A stretch of 64,000 nt of DNA from Alphaproteobacteria bacterium (GCA_017522445.1 JAFWZK010000014.1:21783-85782), one strand, 5' to 3'. Numbered from the stretch's first letter, positions 47,331-58,862 are shown. A program made the numbers and translations. Notes: a model not told the origin generated them from the letters alone.

Positions 47331-47864
47331 ATGGAAAAAGAAATGCAGTGGTTTGTTGTTAATGTTCATGCCGGATGCGAGGATAAGGTTGTACGTGGTC
47401 TGCGTGAACAGATTGACAGACGTAAATTGAACGCCATGTTTGGTGAAATTATTGCACCGACACGCGAAGTAGTGGAAATAAAACGTGGCAAACGGGTCAA
47501 GGCCGAACGTAAATTCTTTCCCGGTTATATTGTTGTCCAGATGGTTATGGATAATGAAACGTTTACATTGGTAAAAAGCAATCCCCAGGTTGTGATGTTC
47601 CTGGGCGCACGCAATAAACCGATTCCAGTCAGCGAGGAACAGGCCCGTCGTTTATTAAAACAAATCGAAGAAAGTGTCATCACAGAAGAGGAAACAACCT
47701 ATGAGGTCGGGCAAGAGGTTCGTATTATCGATGGTCCATTCAATGGTTTCAATGGCATCGTGTCCGAGGTTGATAATGTGAAACAGCGTATGACTGCGAC
47801 AGTATTGGTGTTTGGTCGCGAAACCAGTGTCGAGTTGGAATTTAACCAGGTTGAAAAGGTCTAG
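47331..47864 (+). CDS. nusG: Transcription termination/antitermination factor NusG
   Basis: NGN domain and C-terminal KOW motif (GQEVRIIDGPFNGFNGIV). Confidence 0.9.
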   Translation: MEKEMQWFVVNVHAGCEDKVVRGLREQIDRRKLNAMFGEIIAPTREVVEIKRGKRVKAERKFFPGYIVVQMVMDNETFTLVKSNPQVVMFLGARNKPIPVSEEQARRLLKQIEESVITEEETTYEVGQEVRIIDGPFNGFNGIVSEVDNVKQRMTATVLVFGRETSVELEFNQVEKV

Positions 47865-47867
47865 TGT

Positions 47868-48041
47868 ATGAAGATAACAAGGGATGAATTTGGTGAAATT
47901 CATGTAGAGGTTACGATAGAAGATGTTCGTAAGGCCGCTCGTAAATTCAAAATAAGTCCAGAGCTGCGCAAAATGATAGAAGATCATCGCAGGGAAATTG
48001 TGGATGCGGCAATGGCTCTCTCACGAGAGAAAAGAAAATAA
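47868..48041 (+). CDS. Possible small ORF (57 aa) in the nusG-rplK spacer
   Basis: My own read is an ATG 3 nt after the nusG stop, then MKITRDEFGEIHVEVTIEDVRKAARKFKISPELRKMIEDHRREIVDAAMALSREKRK. There is no clear ribosome-binding site. The region normally holds the L11 leader. Confidence 0.2.
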   Translation: MKITRDEFGEIHVEVTIEDVRKAARKFKISPELRKMIEDHRREIVDAAMALSREKRK

Positions 48042-48144
48042 AAATTTTTGTGGTTTTCTGAAAAATATCATGTAAAATCACAGCAAACCGTGGTAGATAC
48101 GCCATATCGTACCACGACACAAACGAAAAAAAACGGAGTGAAAA

Positions 48145-48576
48145 ATGGCAAAGAAAGAAGTCAAGGGATTGGTCAAATTGGTCGTCCCTGCAAAGCAGGC
48201 GAATCCTGCGCCACCAATTGGGCCGGCGTTGGGTGCAGCTGGTGTAAACATTGCAGAGTTCTGCAAACAGTTTAATGACAAAACATCTGATAAAGAACCT
48301 GGAATGCCAATTCCATGTATTATCACTGTTTATACAGACCGCAGTTTCGAATTTATTATGAAATTGCCACCTGTGTCATATTACATTAAGAAAGCATTAA
48401 AATTGAAAATCGGTTCTCATAAACCGGGTCGTGACTTTGTTGGCACTATTTCCCAGGCACAGATTCGTGAAATCGCCCAGGCGAAAATGCCGGATTTAAA
48501 TTGCTCTACCATTGAATCTGCGATGAATATCGTTGCAGGTCAGTGTCGTTCTATGGGCGTAAAGGTGGGGGAATAA
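48145..48576 (+). CDS. rplK: 50S ribosomal protein L11
   Basis: [30 protein letters not shown]... is the canonical L11 sequence. Confidence 0.95.
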   Translation: MAKKEVKGLVKLVVPAKQANPAPPIGPALGAAGVNIAEFCKQFNDKTSDKEPGMPIPCIITVYTDRSFEFIMKLPPVSYYIKKALKLKIGSHKPGRDFVGTISQAQIREIAQAKMPDLNCSTIESAMNIVAGQCRSMGVKVGE

Positions 48577-48580
48577 TATC

Positions 48581-49255
48581 ATGAAACTGACAAAGAAACA
48601 GCAAACTTGGAAAAAATTGGACACAGACAAAGTGTATTCTTTGACTGAAGCAATCGAAGCGTTGCGTGAATATGCGTCCAAGAAATTTGATGAAACATTG
48701 GAAATTGCTATCCGTTTGGGTATTGATGTGACCAAGGCAGACCAGAACGTTCGTGGAATGTTGTCTTTGCCAAACGGCACAGGCAAATCCGTTCGCGTTG
48801 CAGTATTTACTGAAAACGCCCAGGATGCGGCCAAGCAGGCCGGTGCAGATGTTGTTGGCGGGGCCGAGTTGATTGATTCAGTTGCGGCTGGTAACATTAA
48901 CTTTGACCGTGTAATTGCGACACCTGATATGATGCCAAAAATGTCAAAAATCGCACGTGTATTGGGGCCCAAGGGGCTGATGCCGAACCCAAAATTGGGT
49001 ACTGTCACAAACAACGTGGCGGACGCGGTCAAGACGGCCAAGGCGGGTCAGATTGAATATCGTGCAGAAAAACGCGGTATCATCCACGCTGGTATTGGTA
49101 AAATGTCATTTACGACCGACAAATTGGTTGAAAATGCCAATGCCCTGATTGACCAGTTGAAAAAGGTTAAACCTGCATCGTCCAAGGGACAGTATATCTT
49201 GGGTATATCGGTTGCGACAACCCAGGGCCCTGGTCTGAAAGTAGATGCAAAATAA
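48581..49255 (+). CDS. rplA: 50S ribosomal protein L1
   Basis: Matches the L1 family and follows rplK. Confidence 0.93.
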   Translation: MKLTKKQQTWKKLDTDKVYSLTEAIEALREYASKKFDETLEIAIRLGIDVTKADQNVRGMLSLPNGTGKSVRVAVFTENAQDAAKQAGADVVGGAELIDSVAAGNINFDRVIATPDMMPKMSKIARVLGPKGLMPNPKLGTVTNNVADAVKTAKAGQIEYRAEKRGIIHAGIGKMSFTTDKLVENANALIDQLKKVKPASSKGQYILGISVATTQGPGLKVDAK

Positions 49256-49435
49256 TTCGTTGCGACTGGTGATGAACTGGTCGCACAAACAGATTTCTGT
49301 CCAAGACTGATGGTGTGGCAACACTTAATTCCCATCATAGACAAAGAAAAGATTCTTTGGGGCAGGAACCAAAGGCCCCACCTGGGGTGACCCAGATGGA
49401 AAGTTAACAAAAACAGAAGCTTGAAGGAAAAACAG
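49256..49435 (+). promoter_or_regulatory. Putative rplJ (L10) autoregulatory leader
   Basis: 180-nt spacer holding a GC-rich structured element (ggggcaggaaccaaaggccccaccuggggugaccc) in the position of the L10 leader of other bacteria. Confidence 0.3.
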
Positions 49436-49915
49436 ATGAAACGCGAAGAAAAATCAGATTTGATTTCAGCGTTGCAGTCGTCCCTGAAAGATGCGAACGG
49501 CGTTTTCGTAATTGAAAACAATGGTTTGACAGTGCATGAATTTGAAGCCCTGCGTAATGAATTACGTCCATTGGTTTCCGTATTCAAGGTTGTCAAGAAC
49601 CGTTTGATGAAGTTGGCATTAAAAGACACCAACTTTGAACCTGTATCTGATATGCTGAAACGTCCAACTGCGGTTGCGGTTGCCACAGACGGTTTGGCTG
49701 TTACCAAAGTATTGGCGAAATTTGCCGAAGAACACCAGAATTTGACAATTTTGGGCGGTAAAATGGATGCCGATGTGTTGGATGCAGCGGGCGTATTGCA
49801 ATTATCCAAGCTTCCTTCCCTGTTGGAAATCCGTGGCACTATTGCACGTATCTTGGTTGAACCTGCATCACGTTTGGCCCGCGTTTCCGCAGAGTATGGA
49901 AAAAAAGAACAATAA
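49436..49915 (+). CDS. rplJ: 50S ribosomal protein L10
   Basis: ATG at 49436 after an AAGGA ribosome-binding site. The track ORF begins at an upstream TTG. It matches the L10 family. Confidence 0.9.
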   Translation: MKREEKSDLISALQSSLKDANGVFVIENNGLTVHEFEALRNELRPLVSVFKVVKNRLMKLALKDTNFEPVSDMLKRPTAVAVATDGLAVTKVLAKFAEEHQNLTILGGKMDADVLDAAGVLQLSKLPSLLEIRGTIARILVEPASRLARVSAEYGKKEQ

Positions 49916-49962
49916 AATCAGAATAGCGATATTCTGACCTAAAAAAACTTAGGAGTAATAAA

Positions 49963-50328
49963 ATGGCAGACATTCAGAAATTAGTTGAAGAATTGTCAAA
50001 ATTGACCGTTTTGGAAGCAGTTGAACTGTCCAAAGCATTAGAAGAAACATGGGGCGTCAGTGCCGCTGCTGCTGTTGCAGTTGCTGCTGGTCCTGTTGCT
50101 GCTGCTGCAGAAGAAAAGACAGAATTTGATGTTGTCTTGGCCGAAGTCGGTGCCAACAAATTGGCAGTTATCAAGGCCGTAAAAGACATCACAGGTTTAG
50201 GTTTGGGCGAAGCCAAAGCTTTGGTCGAATCTGCACCAAAAGCTGTCAAAGAAGGTGTTGCAAAAGACGAAGCAGAAAAGTTAAAGGCAACATTAGAAGC
50301 AGCTGGTGCCAAAGTCGAAATGAAATAA
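49963..50328 (+). CDS. rplL: 50S ribosomal protein L7/L12
   Basis: N-terminal dimerisation domain, Ala-rich hinge ([18 protein letters not shown]) and C-terminal domain. Confidence 0.95.
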   Translation: MADIQKLVEELSKLTVLEAVELSKALEETWGVSAAAAVAVAAGPVAAAAEEKTEFDVVLAEVGANKLAVIKAVKDITGLGLGEAKALVESAPKAVKEGVAKDEAEKLKATLEAAGAKVEMK

Positions 50329-50509
50329 TTCATTTTTGATTTGGACCAAATGGTTCACTATTCGTCATATTGATATATGACAAAACCGTGCCGCCCGCAC
50401 AGGCCAAAATCCTGTGCGGGCACCACGGCGAAAAACACAAAACAAAAATAAAACGGTATTACAATATCGTTTGTTTGCACAAAACGCGTAAAAAAAAGGA
50501 TTAAAACCG

Positions 50510-53500
50510 ATGGCAGTTATCCAGAAACTAAGAAAATCTTTTGGTAAAAGTTTTTTGCAAACTCCGCTTCCCGATTTAGTTGAAATTCAGCACAATTCCT
50601 ACAAGGATTTTTTACAAAAAGATGTTAACCCCCAAGAACGCGAGAACAAGGGGCTGCAAAGCGTATTTAAATCTATGTTCCCGATTAAGGACAAAGATGA
50701 AAACGTTGAATTGGAATTTGTTGAATATACATTGGACGAACCTGTTTACAATGTAAAAGAATGTATGTTGCGTAACATGACATACGCCAGCAAATTAAAA
50801 CTGAAGCTGAGATTGATTTTATGGGATGTCGCAGAAGATGGCAAAAAGACACTGCGTGACATCAAAGAACAAGAAGTATTTATGGGCGAAGTGCCGTTAA
50901 TGACAGAACGTGGCAGCTTTATCGCATCGGGTGTGGAACGTGTAATCGTATCCCAGATGCATCGTGCCCAGGGTGTTGTGTTTGCTACAACCAAAGAGTC
51001 CAAGGTTGCTGGAAATCCAATTACATATACTGCACGTATAATCCCAGAACATGGTTCCTGGATTGACTTTGAAGAATCCAAAGGTATCATCTATGTTCGT
51101 ATCGACCGTCGCCGCAAAGTGCCTGCAACGGTGCTGTTGCGTTGCCTGCCTGCGGCCGAAGACGAAAAGAAATGGGAATCAGACCCATTCAAACCGTCCA
51201 TACGTGGCATGTCTGACACAGAAATTCTGTCAACATTCTACAAGCGTATTCCATTATCATTGAAAAAGGATATGTGGGTTGGTGAAACGGCCAGTTTTGA
51301 TGGCTTGCCAAAGTATCGCTTGAATTATGATTTGTTATCTACCAAGGGCAAGACGGTAATATTGTCCAAGGGCGATCGTCTGAATAAAAAGAATGTCAAG
51401 AAATTACTGGAAACCAAAGAGTTTGGTATTTTACCTCAATCTTTGATTGGTGAATATCTGTTTGACCCGGTTATTGTCGGTGACGAAGTTATTTGTCCTG
51501 CCGGCACGGAAATCACCGAAGAAGTGTTAAAGGACCTGGATGCCAAGGGTGTCAAAGAAATCAGCATAATTTCTATTGACAACACGACCATCAGTTCCCA
51601 CATGCGTAACACATTGGTGGCGGACAAAACGACAAATCGTGAAGATGCACTGATTGAAATCTATAACATCATCCGTCCGGGTGAACGTCCAACGCTCGAG
51701 GCGGCAATCAGACTGTTCCAGCGTCAGGGCTTTGACAAAGATTATTATGATTTGTCGGCTGTTGGTCGTTTCAAGATGAACAAACGTCTGAAAATCGAAT
51801 CAGGCAAGAAACCCGAGGACGAAACATTATTGACCAAGGGCGATTTCCTGGCGGTGTTGCAGACACTGACGAATATCATTGATCACAAGGATTCGGTTGA
51901 TGACATTGACAATCTGTCCAATCGTCGTGTTCGTACAGTTGGCGAATTGTTGGAACAGACTTTCCGCACAGGTATGTTGCGTATTGATCGTCTGGTTCGC
52001 GAAAGTTTGACATCACCAAAAATTGGTGAAATGCAGCCCCAGGATGTTTTAAATGTAAAACCTTTGATGTCATTGGTTTCCGAATTCTTGGGTACATCCC
52101 AGTTGTCCCAGTTTATGGACGCATACAACCCATTGGCCGAGTTAGAGCACAAGCGTCTGATTTCCGCATTGGGGCCAGGTGGGTTGAACCGTGAACGTGC
52201 CGGCATTGACGTGCGTGACGTTCATCCGACGCACTATGGTCGTCTGTGCCCAATTCATACACCCGAAGGTGCGAATATTGGTTTGATTAACCACTTGTCA
52301 ACATATGCACGTGTTAACCCGTACGGTTTTATTGAAACGCCATACTATGTTGTCCAGGACAGCAAGATTACCGACAAAATGGTATATCTGACGGCGGACG
52401 AAGAACTGGGGCACAAGATTGCCCAGGGGAACACACCAACAGAAAACGGCATGTTGTCCGAAGACATGGTAACTGCCCGTGTTGACGGTGAATTTACCAT
52501 GGTTCCCAAGGAAGAAATTGATTTAATTGACGTTGAACCACGTCAGGTGGTGTCGATTGCAACAGGGTTAATTCCATTTGTTGAAAACGACGACGCGAAC
52601 CGTGCTTTGATGGGTTCGAACATGCAGCGTCAGGCGGTTCCATTATTGCGTGTCCAGGCACCACTGGTTGGTACAGGTATTGAACACGAAGTGGCACGTG
52701 ATTCCCGCACTGGCAAGGTTGTTCCAACCGAAGACAAGGTAAATCACAGTGGTGTTGTTGAATCTGTTGATGCGAACCGCATTGTGGTTAAATGTATGAA
52801 CAGTCGCAACGTTGTAACGGGCGTAGATATTTACAACCTGGAAAAGTTTGAGCGTTCCAACAGTGAAACAATCGTTCACCAAAAACCATTGGTCAAGGTT
52901 GGCGATCGTGTATCATCTGGTGATATTATTGCGGACGGTTCGTCGATGAATTATGGTGAATTGGCACTGGGACGCAATGTATTGGTTGCCTTTATGCCAT
53001 GGCGTGGATATAACTATGAAGACTCGATTGTTATTTCAGAAAAGATTTCACGTGATGATGTATTTACATCCATCAAAATCGTTGAAAAGGAATTCAAGGT
53101 TCGTGATACCCAGCTGGGGCCAGAATCATTAACCCGCGACATTCCGAACGTTGGCGAAGAGGCACTAAAGAATCTGGACGAATCCGGTATTATTTATGTA
53201 GGTGCCCGCGTGAAGCAGGGGGATATTTTGGTTGGTCGTGTGACACCAAAAACAGAAACCTTATTAAGTCCCGAAGAAAACCTGTTGCGTAATATCTTTG
53301 GTGAAAAGGCATTAAACGTCAAAGACACATCTTTGCGTGTTGGTCCGAACGAAGAGGGTACAGTTATTGGTGTGAACGTATTAACGCGTCATGGTGTTAA
53401 AAAAGACGAACGCACCCAGATGATTGAATTGCAGAAAATCGAAAAGATTAACAGCAATCGTGCCGAAGAAATTGCAATCATAGAAAAGGGCTTTGCGGAC

Positions 53501-54658
53501 CAGGTATTTCAATTGGCCGAAGGTCAGATTATAGAGTCTGCCGCTGCATCAAACAAAAGCTTTATCGGCAAGAAATTGACAGCCGAGGTATTCGAAGGTA
53601 TCAAACCGTCGGATATCAAGAAATTGGTGGTCAATGACAAAGACGTTCAGACAAAACTAAGTGAATTGACTGAACAGCACGCCATCAAATTAAAGATGCT
53701 GAATGACAAAGCCGATGCTGCGATACAAAAGGCCAAAGAAAGCAATTCTTTGAATGCCGGCGTATTGAAAGAGGTCAAAGTTTACATCGCACACAAGATG
53801 AAATTGCAGCCTGGGGACAAGATGGCCGGTCGTCACGGAAACAAAGGTATTGTATCCAAGGTTGTACCTGTCGAAGACATGCCACACTTGGCGGATGGAA
53901 CGCCTGTTGACATTGTGTTGAATCCATTGGGTGTGCCATCTCGTATGAACATTGGCCAGATTTTGGAAACGCACCTTGGTATGGCGGCCCGCACATTGGG
54001 GGCCCAGATTGGTGCCGTTCTGGACGAGGTCAAGGCCAAGCGTGCTGTAACCGATGATTTGCGTAATATTATGGGCAAAATCTATGGCCCAGATGTTGCG
54101 GAAAAACTGGAAAAAATGACAGACAAAGACGTACGTGCCCATGCCGCATTATTGCGTGAAGGTGTACCGATGGCAACACCGACATTTGACGGTGCATCAT
54201 CCGAAGACATTCGCAAAATGCTGCAGTTGGCGGGGCTGCCGGAAACGGGTCAGTTTGATTTGTACGATGGTATGACCGGCGAAAAGTTTGCCCGTCCTGT
54301 GACCGTTGGTATTATGTACATGCTGAAACTGCATCACTTTGTTGATGAAAAGATTCACGCACGTTCGATTGGTAACTATTCATTGGTCACACAACAGCCG
54401 TTGTCTGGTAAGGCCCACATGGGTGGTCAGCGTCTGGGTGAAATGGAGGTTTGGGCACTGGAGGCCCACGGTGCCGCCCACCTGTTGCGTGAAATGTTGA
54501 CGGTAAAATCCGACGACATTGCAGGTCGTGACAAGATGTACGAAGCCATTATCAGTGGCAGCACTGACATCCAAACAGGCACGCCCGAGGCCTTTAACGT
54601 ATTCGTCCGCGAATTGCGTGGTCTGGGTCTGTCCATGACACCCAAGAAAGTAGATTAG
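50510..54658 (+). CDS. rpoB: DNA-directed RNA polymerase subunit beta
   Basis: 1382 aa, matching the RpoB family throughout. Confidence 0.97.
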   Translation: MAVIQKLRKSFGKSFLQTPLPDLVEIQHNSYKDFLQKDVNPQERENKGLQSVFKSMFPIKDKDENVELEFVEYTLDEPVYNVKECMLRNMTYASKLKLKLRLILWDVAEDGKKTLRDIKEQEVFMGEVPLMTERGSFIASGVERVIVSQMHRAQGVVFATTKESKVAGNPITYTARIIPEHGSWIDFEESKGIIYVRIDRRRKVPATVLLRCLPAAEDEKKWESDPFKPSIRGMSDTEILSTFYKRIPLSLKKDMWVGETASFDGLPKYRLNYDLLSTKGKTVILSKGDRLNKKNVKKLLETKEFGILPQSLIGEYLFDPVIVGDEVICPAGTEITEEVLKDLDAKGVKEISIISIDNTTISSHMRNTLVADKTTNREDALIEIYNIIRPGERPTLEAAIRLFQRQGFDKDYYDLSAVGRFKMNKRLKIESGKKPEDETLLTKGDFLAVLQTLTNIIDHKDSVDDIDNLSNRRVRTVGELLEQTFRTGMLRIDRLVRESLTSPKIGEMQPQDVLNVKPLMSLVSEFLGTSQLSQFMDAYNPLAELEHKRLISALGPGGLNRERAGIDVRDVHPTHYGRLCPIHTPEGANIGLINHLSTYARVNPYGFIETPYYVVQDSKITDKMVYLTADEELGHKIAQGNTPTENGMLSEDMVTARVDGEFTMVPKEEIDLIDVEPRQVVSIATGLIPFVENDDANRALMGSNMQRQAVPLLRVQAPLVGTGIEHEVARDSRTGKVVPTEDKVNHSGVVESVDANRIVVKCMNSRNVVTGVDIYNLEKFERSNSETIVHQKPLVKVGDRVSSGDIIADGSSMNYGELALGRNVLVAFMPWRGYNYEDSIVISEKISRDDVFTSIKIVEKEFKVRDTQLGPESLTRDIPNVGEEALKNLDESGIIYVGARVKQGDILVGRVTPKTETLLSPEENLLRNIFGEKALNVKDTSLRVGPNEEGTVIGVNVLTRHGVKKDERTQMIELQKIEKINSNRAEEIAIIEKGFADQVFQLAEGQIIESAAASNKSFIGKKLTAEVFEGIKPSDIKKLVVNDKDVQTKLSELTEQHAIKLKMLNDKADAAIQKAKESNSLNAGVLKEVKVYIAHKMKLQPGDKMAGRHGNKGIVSKVVPVEDMPHLADGTPVDIVLNPLGVPSRMNIGQILETHLGMAARTLGAQIGAVLDEVKAKRAVTDDLRNIMGKIYGPDVAEKLEKMTDKDVRAHAALLREGVPMATPTFDGASSEDIRKMLQLAGLPETGQFDLYDGMTGEKFARPVTVGIMYMLKLHHFVDEKIHARSIGNYSLVTQQPLSGKAHMGGQRLGEMEVWALEAHGAAHLLREMLTVKSDDIAGRDKMYEAIISGSTDIQTGTPEAFNVFVRELRGLGLSMTPKKVD

Positions 54659-54749
54659 TTGTTAGCTTTGGTGTGGGGCGTATTACCCCCACACCCCTAA
54701 CCACTAGCCACTAACAACTAAAAACTATTTTATTAAGGAGCAAAAAATA

Positions 54750-57700
54750 ATGAGCAAAATGTTGCAAAAGATTTTTGGACAAATAGACACCAAGGAACAA
54801 TTTGATGCCCTGCGTATCACAATTGCGTCACCCGAAGAAATTTTGTCCTGGTCCAAAGGCGAGGTTACAAAACCTGAAACCATTAACTATCATACCATGA
54901 AACCCGAAGACGAAGGTCTGTTTTGCCAGGTTATCTTTGGGCCGGTCAAGGATTATGAATGCAAATGTGGAAAATACAAACGGGCCAAGCATCAAAAGCA
55001 TGCTGTTTGTGAACGTTGTAATGTTGAAATTTGTGCATCATCTGTCCGTCGCGAACGCATGGGGCATATCAAGTTGGCAATACCTGTTGCACACACATGG
55101 TTTCTGCGTGAAGGCAAAATTGCGACTTTATTAAATAATTTGCCACAAAAGAAGCTGGAACAGGTTATTTCATACGATGCCTATATTGTTATTGAACCAG
55201 GGTTAACCAACCTGAAACAATACGATGTTATCAGCGAAGACGATTATCAAAAGGCGGTCGAAGATTTTGGCGAAGATGCATTCCGCGTGGGCATTGGTGC
55301 CGAAGGAATTCGTTCGATTATTGCAGGTTTGGACATGGGTGATGAACGCACTCGTCTGCGTGCAGAATTGGCGGATGTTAAATCTGAAACCAAACGCAAG
55401 GCACTGATTAAACAGTTGAAATTGGTCGAAGCATTTTTGGATTCTGAAACAAAACCAGAATGGATGTTGCCGGACATTTTACCGGTTATTCCACCTGATA
55501 TGCGTCCATTGGTCACATTGGATGCGGGGCATGTTGCGGCATCTGACCTGAATGATTTGTATCGTCGTGTAATTATCCGCAACAACCGTTTGAAAAAGTT
55601 TATAGAATTGCATGCACCTGACATCATTATTCGCAATGAAAAACGCATGTTACAGGAAGCTGTTGATTCATTGTTCGACAACGGGCACAAGGCACGTCCA
55701 ATGGTGTCTCAGAATCGCCGTCCATTGAAATCATTATCTGATTCTTTGCGTGGAAAGTCTGGTCGTTTCCGTATGAACTTGTTGGGTAAACGTGTGGATT
55801 ATTCTGGTCGTTCGGTAATTGTATCTGGTCCAACATTAAAGCTGCACCAGGTTGGGTTGCCAAAAACAATGGCACTGGAATTGTTCAAACCATTTGTATT
55901 TGCAGAATTGATGGCGGGCGATTATGCGACCACATTGAAATATGCACGTAAAATGGTTGAAAACGGCGAAGATATCGTATGGGAAATCCTGGAAAAGGTT
56001 ATCCACGAACATCCTGTTTTGTTGAACCGTGCACCAACATTGCACCGTTTGTCATTGTTGGCGTTTGAACCTGTATTGATAGAAGGCAAGGCAATTCGTC
56101 TGCATCCGTTGGTATGTTCGGGCTTTAATGCTGACTTTGACGGTGACCAGATGTCTGTTCACGTTCCAATTTCATTAGAAGCACAGCTGGAGGCACGCAC
56201 ATTAATGTTGTCATCAAACAACGTATTGTCGCCTGCAAACGGTGCCCCAATGATTGTGCCGTCCCAAGACATGGTATTGGGTGTTTACTATATTTCGCTG
56301 ATTAACGGTGAACACACTGACAAATCGCCACGTTTTGCGAACATGGACGAAGTGCAATTGGCATTGGACAACAAAACAATCACGTTGCATACGCCAATTA
56401 TTGCACGTATTAATGGCAAAACATACAAGACAACTGCTGGTCGTATGATTTTGGGTGAACTGTTGCCAAAATCGGGCGAGGTTGAATTTGACCAGGTGAA
56501 CAAAGTTATGCCCCGCAGTGCGATTAAGTCATTGTTATCTATGACATACGAACGTTGTGGCGACAAAGCAATGATTCTGTTGGCAGACGCTTTGAAAGAC
56601 ACAGGTTTCGAACAGGCCGCCCGCAGTGGTATTTCTATTGGCTATGACGACATTGTAATTCCTGCGGAAAAGGAAAGTATGATTGCAGAATCCGAAGCTG
56701 CAGCCAACGAAATCGAAGAACAGTATCAGAACGGTTTGTTATCCAGTGGTGAACGTCATAATAAACTGATTGACTTGTGGCATAAAACCACAGACAAACT
56801 GGGTGACATGGCATATGCTGCCCTGGGTAAATCGACGGGTGACAATTGGAATTCTATTCATATGATGGCATTATCCGAAGCCCGTGGTTCCAAACGTCAG
56901 ATTCAGCAGTTGGCCGGTATGCGTGGTATGATGCAGAAACCAGACGGTTCGATTATCGAAGTTCCAATTATTTCGAACTTTAAAGAAGGTCTGACCATGT
57001 CTGAATACTTTACATCCACCCACGGTGCCCGTAAAGGTATGTCGGACACGGCATTGAAAACGGCTGACGCAGGTTATTTGACCCGCCGCTTGGTTGAATT
57101 GGCACAAAACACGGTTATCACAGAACATGACTGTGGCACAACTGAATCCATCGAGGCAAGACCCGTTTACACAGGTTCTACATTGTCTGTTGCGTTGGGT
57201 GATGTGGTATTGGGGCGTACTGCTGCCCAGGACATTGTGCATCCAATCAGCAAAGAAGTCATTGTTCCTGCAGGTGAATTGATTACCAAGGCCGCGGCCA
57301 AGGCGATTAATGAATCTGGCCTGCCATCTGTCCGTGTCCGCAGTGTACTGACATGTTGCAGTGATGGTCTGTGTGCGAAATGTTATGGTATGGATTTGTC
57401 ACGTAATGCATTGGTACACGTTGGCGAAGCGGTTGGTGTTATTGCGGGTCAGTCTATTGGTGAACCTGGTACCCAGTTAACCTTGCGTACGTTCCACATT
57501 GGTGGTGTTGCGTCTGGTGATGCGGCCAGTCACTTTATCGAGGTTCCAGTTGCAGGTCGCGTCAAACTGATTGGTGTTAACACAATCAAGAACACATCTG
57601 GTCGTGTTGTGGTATTAAGCCGCAATGGCAAATTGGCGATTGTTGATGACAAAGACAACGAATTATTCAGCAGCAAATTGCCATACGCATCTATGCTGAT

Positions 57701-58862
57701 TGTTAACGATGGTGACTCTGTTGAAAAAGGTGCCAAGGTTGCAGAATGGGATCCATATTCTAACACAATCATCGCAGAAACAGATGGTACTGTGAATTAT
57801 TGTGATTTGGACGAAAACGTATCATTCCAGGAAGAAGTTGATTCCATGACAGGTATCGTTTCTCGCAAGGTTATTAACTGGAAAGCGAACACGAAAAAGG
57901 CATTAAAACCTGCAATTACACTGGTTGATGAATCAGGGAAAGTTATTTCTTTGGGTGGCAAAAAGATTGCGGAATATCTGTTACCTGTATATTCTGTTCT
58001 GACGGTTGCCAACGGCGACAAGGTACATGCTGGTGACATTATTGCCCGTATCCCTGTCCAGACCAAGCGTACGGGTGACATTACCGGTGGTTTGCCACGT
58101 GTTAACGAGTTGTTGGAAGTTCGTCGTCCAACCAACCCTGCGATATTGGCCGAAGAAGACGGTACTGTCGAGCTGGAAGATGCCAAGTCAAAGATTATAA
58201 TCCGCATTTTACCAGACAATGGCACAGCCCCTGTTGAATATGCTGTACCCAAAGGTACAAATCTGTTGGTTCGCACAGGCGATGTTGTGAAAAAGGCAGA
58301 AAAACTGGTTGACGGTGACGAAGTTCCCCAGGATATCTTGCGTATTTTGGGTCAGAAAGCATTGGCAACCTTTATGGTGGACAAGATTCAACAGGTTTAT
58401 CGTTTACAAGGTGTGGTAATTAATGACAAGCATATTGAAATCTTGATACGTGAAATGACACGCCGTGTAGAAATTACAAATCCTGGTGATACAGGTTTCT
58501 TGATGGGTGCGGTTGTTGATCGTGTTGATTTCGAAGAAGAAAATGCACGTGTTGCACGCAATAATGGTCGTCTGGCCGAAGCTTCTCAGGTTCTGGTTGG
58601 TTTGACCCGTGCGTCTTTGACATCTCGTTCATTTATATCGAACGCATCGTTCCAGCAGACAACCAAGGTATTGGTTGATGCCGCCATCAGTGGTGCAACC
58701 GACAGACTGGTTGGTATAAATGATAACTTGATTGTTGGTCGTCTGATACCAATTGGCACAGGTGCATACGTACGTCGCGTACGTGAAATTGCCCGCGAAG
58801 AAGAACGTGCAGAACGTTTGGCCCGCGAAGGTGGCGATAAACAACAGATGTTGGACATCTAG
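54750..58862 (+). CDS. rpoC: DNA-directed RNA polymerase subunit beta'
   Basis: 1370 aa with the zinc-binding Cys cluster and the NADFDGD active site. Confidence 0.97.
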   Translation: MSKMLQKIFGQIDTKEQFDALRITIASPEEILSWSKGEVTKPETINYHTMKPEDEGLFCQVIFGPVKDYECKCGKYKRAKHQKHAVCERCNVEICASSVRRERMGHIKLAIPVAHTWFLREGKIATLLNNLPQKKLEQVISYDAYIVIEPGLTNLKQYDVISEDDYQKAVEDFGEDAFRVGIGAEGIRSIIAGLDMGDERTRLRAELADVKSETKRKALIKQLKLVEAFLDSETKPEWMLPDILPVIPPDMRPLVTLDAGHVAASDLNDLYRRVIIRNNRLKKFIELHAPDIIIRNEKRMLQEAVDSLFDNGHKARPMVSQNRRPLKSLSDSLRGKSGRFRMNLLGKRVDYSGRSVIVSGPTLKLHQVGLPKTMALELFKPFVFAELMAGDYATTLKYARKMVENGEDIVWEILEKVIHEHPVLLNRAPTLHRLSLLAFEPVLIEGKAIRLHPLVCSGFNADFDGDQMSVHVPISLEAQLEARTLMLSSNNVLSPANGAPMIVPSQDMVLGVYYISLINGEHTDKSPRFANMDEVQLALDNKTITLHTPIIARINGKTYKTTAGRMILGELLPKSGEVEFDQVNKVMPRSAIKSLLSMTYERCGDKAMILLADALKDTGFEQAARSGISIGYDDIVIPAEKESMIAESEAAANEIEEQYQNGLLSSGERHNKLIDLWHKTTDKLGDMAYAALGKSTGDNWNSIHMMALSEARGSKRQIQQLAGMRGMMQKPDGSIIEVPIISNFKEGLTMSEYFTSTHGARKGMSDTALKTADAGYLTRRLVELAQNTVITEHDCGTTESIEARPVYTGSTLSVALGDVVLGRTAAQDIVHPISKEVIVPAGELITKAAAKAINESGLPSVRVRSVLTCCSDGLCAKCYGMDLSRNALVHVGEAVGVIAGQSIGEPGTQLTLRTFHIGGVASGDAASHFIEVPVAGRVKLIGVNTIKNTSGRVVVLSRNGKLAIVDDKDNELFSSKLPYASMLIVNDGDSVEKGAKVAEWDPYSNTIIAETDGTVNYCDLDENVSFQEEVDSMTGIVSRKVINWKANTKKALKPAITLVDESGKVISLGGKKIAEYLLPVYSVLTVANGDKVHAGDIIARIPVQTKRTGDITGGLPRVNELLEVRRPTNPAILAEEDGTVELEDAKSKIIIRILPDNGTAPVEYAVPKGTNLLVRTGDVVKKAEKLVDGDEVPQDILRILGQKALATFMVDKIQQVYRLQGVVINDKHIEILIREMTRRVEITNPGDTGFLMGAVVDRVDFEEENARVARNNGRLAEASQVLVGLTRASLTSRSFISNASFQQTTKVLVDAAISGATDRLVGINDNLIVGRLIPIGTGAYVRRVREIAREEERAERLAREGGDKQQMLDI

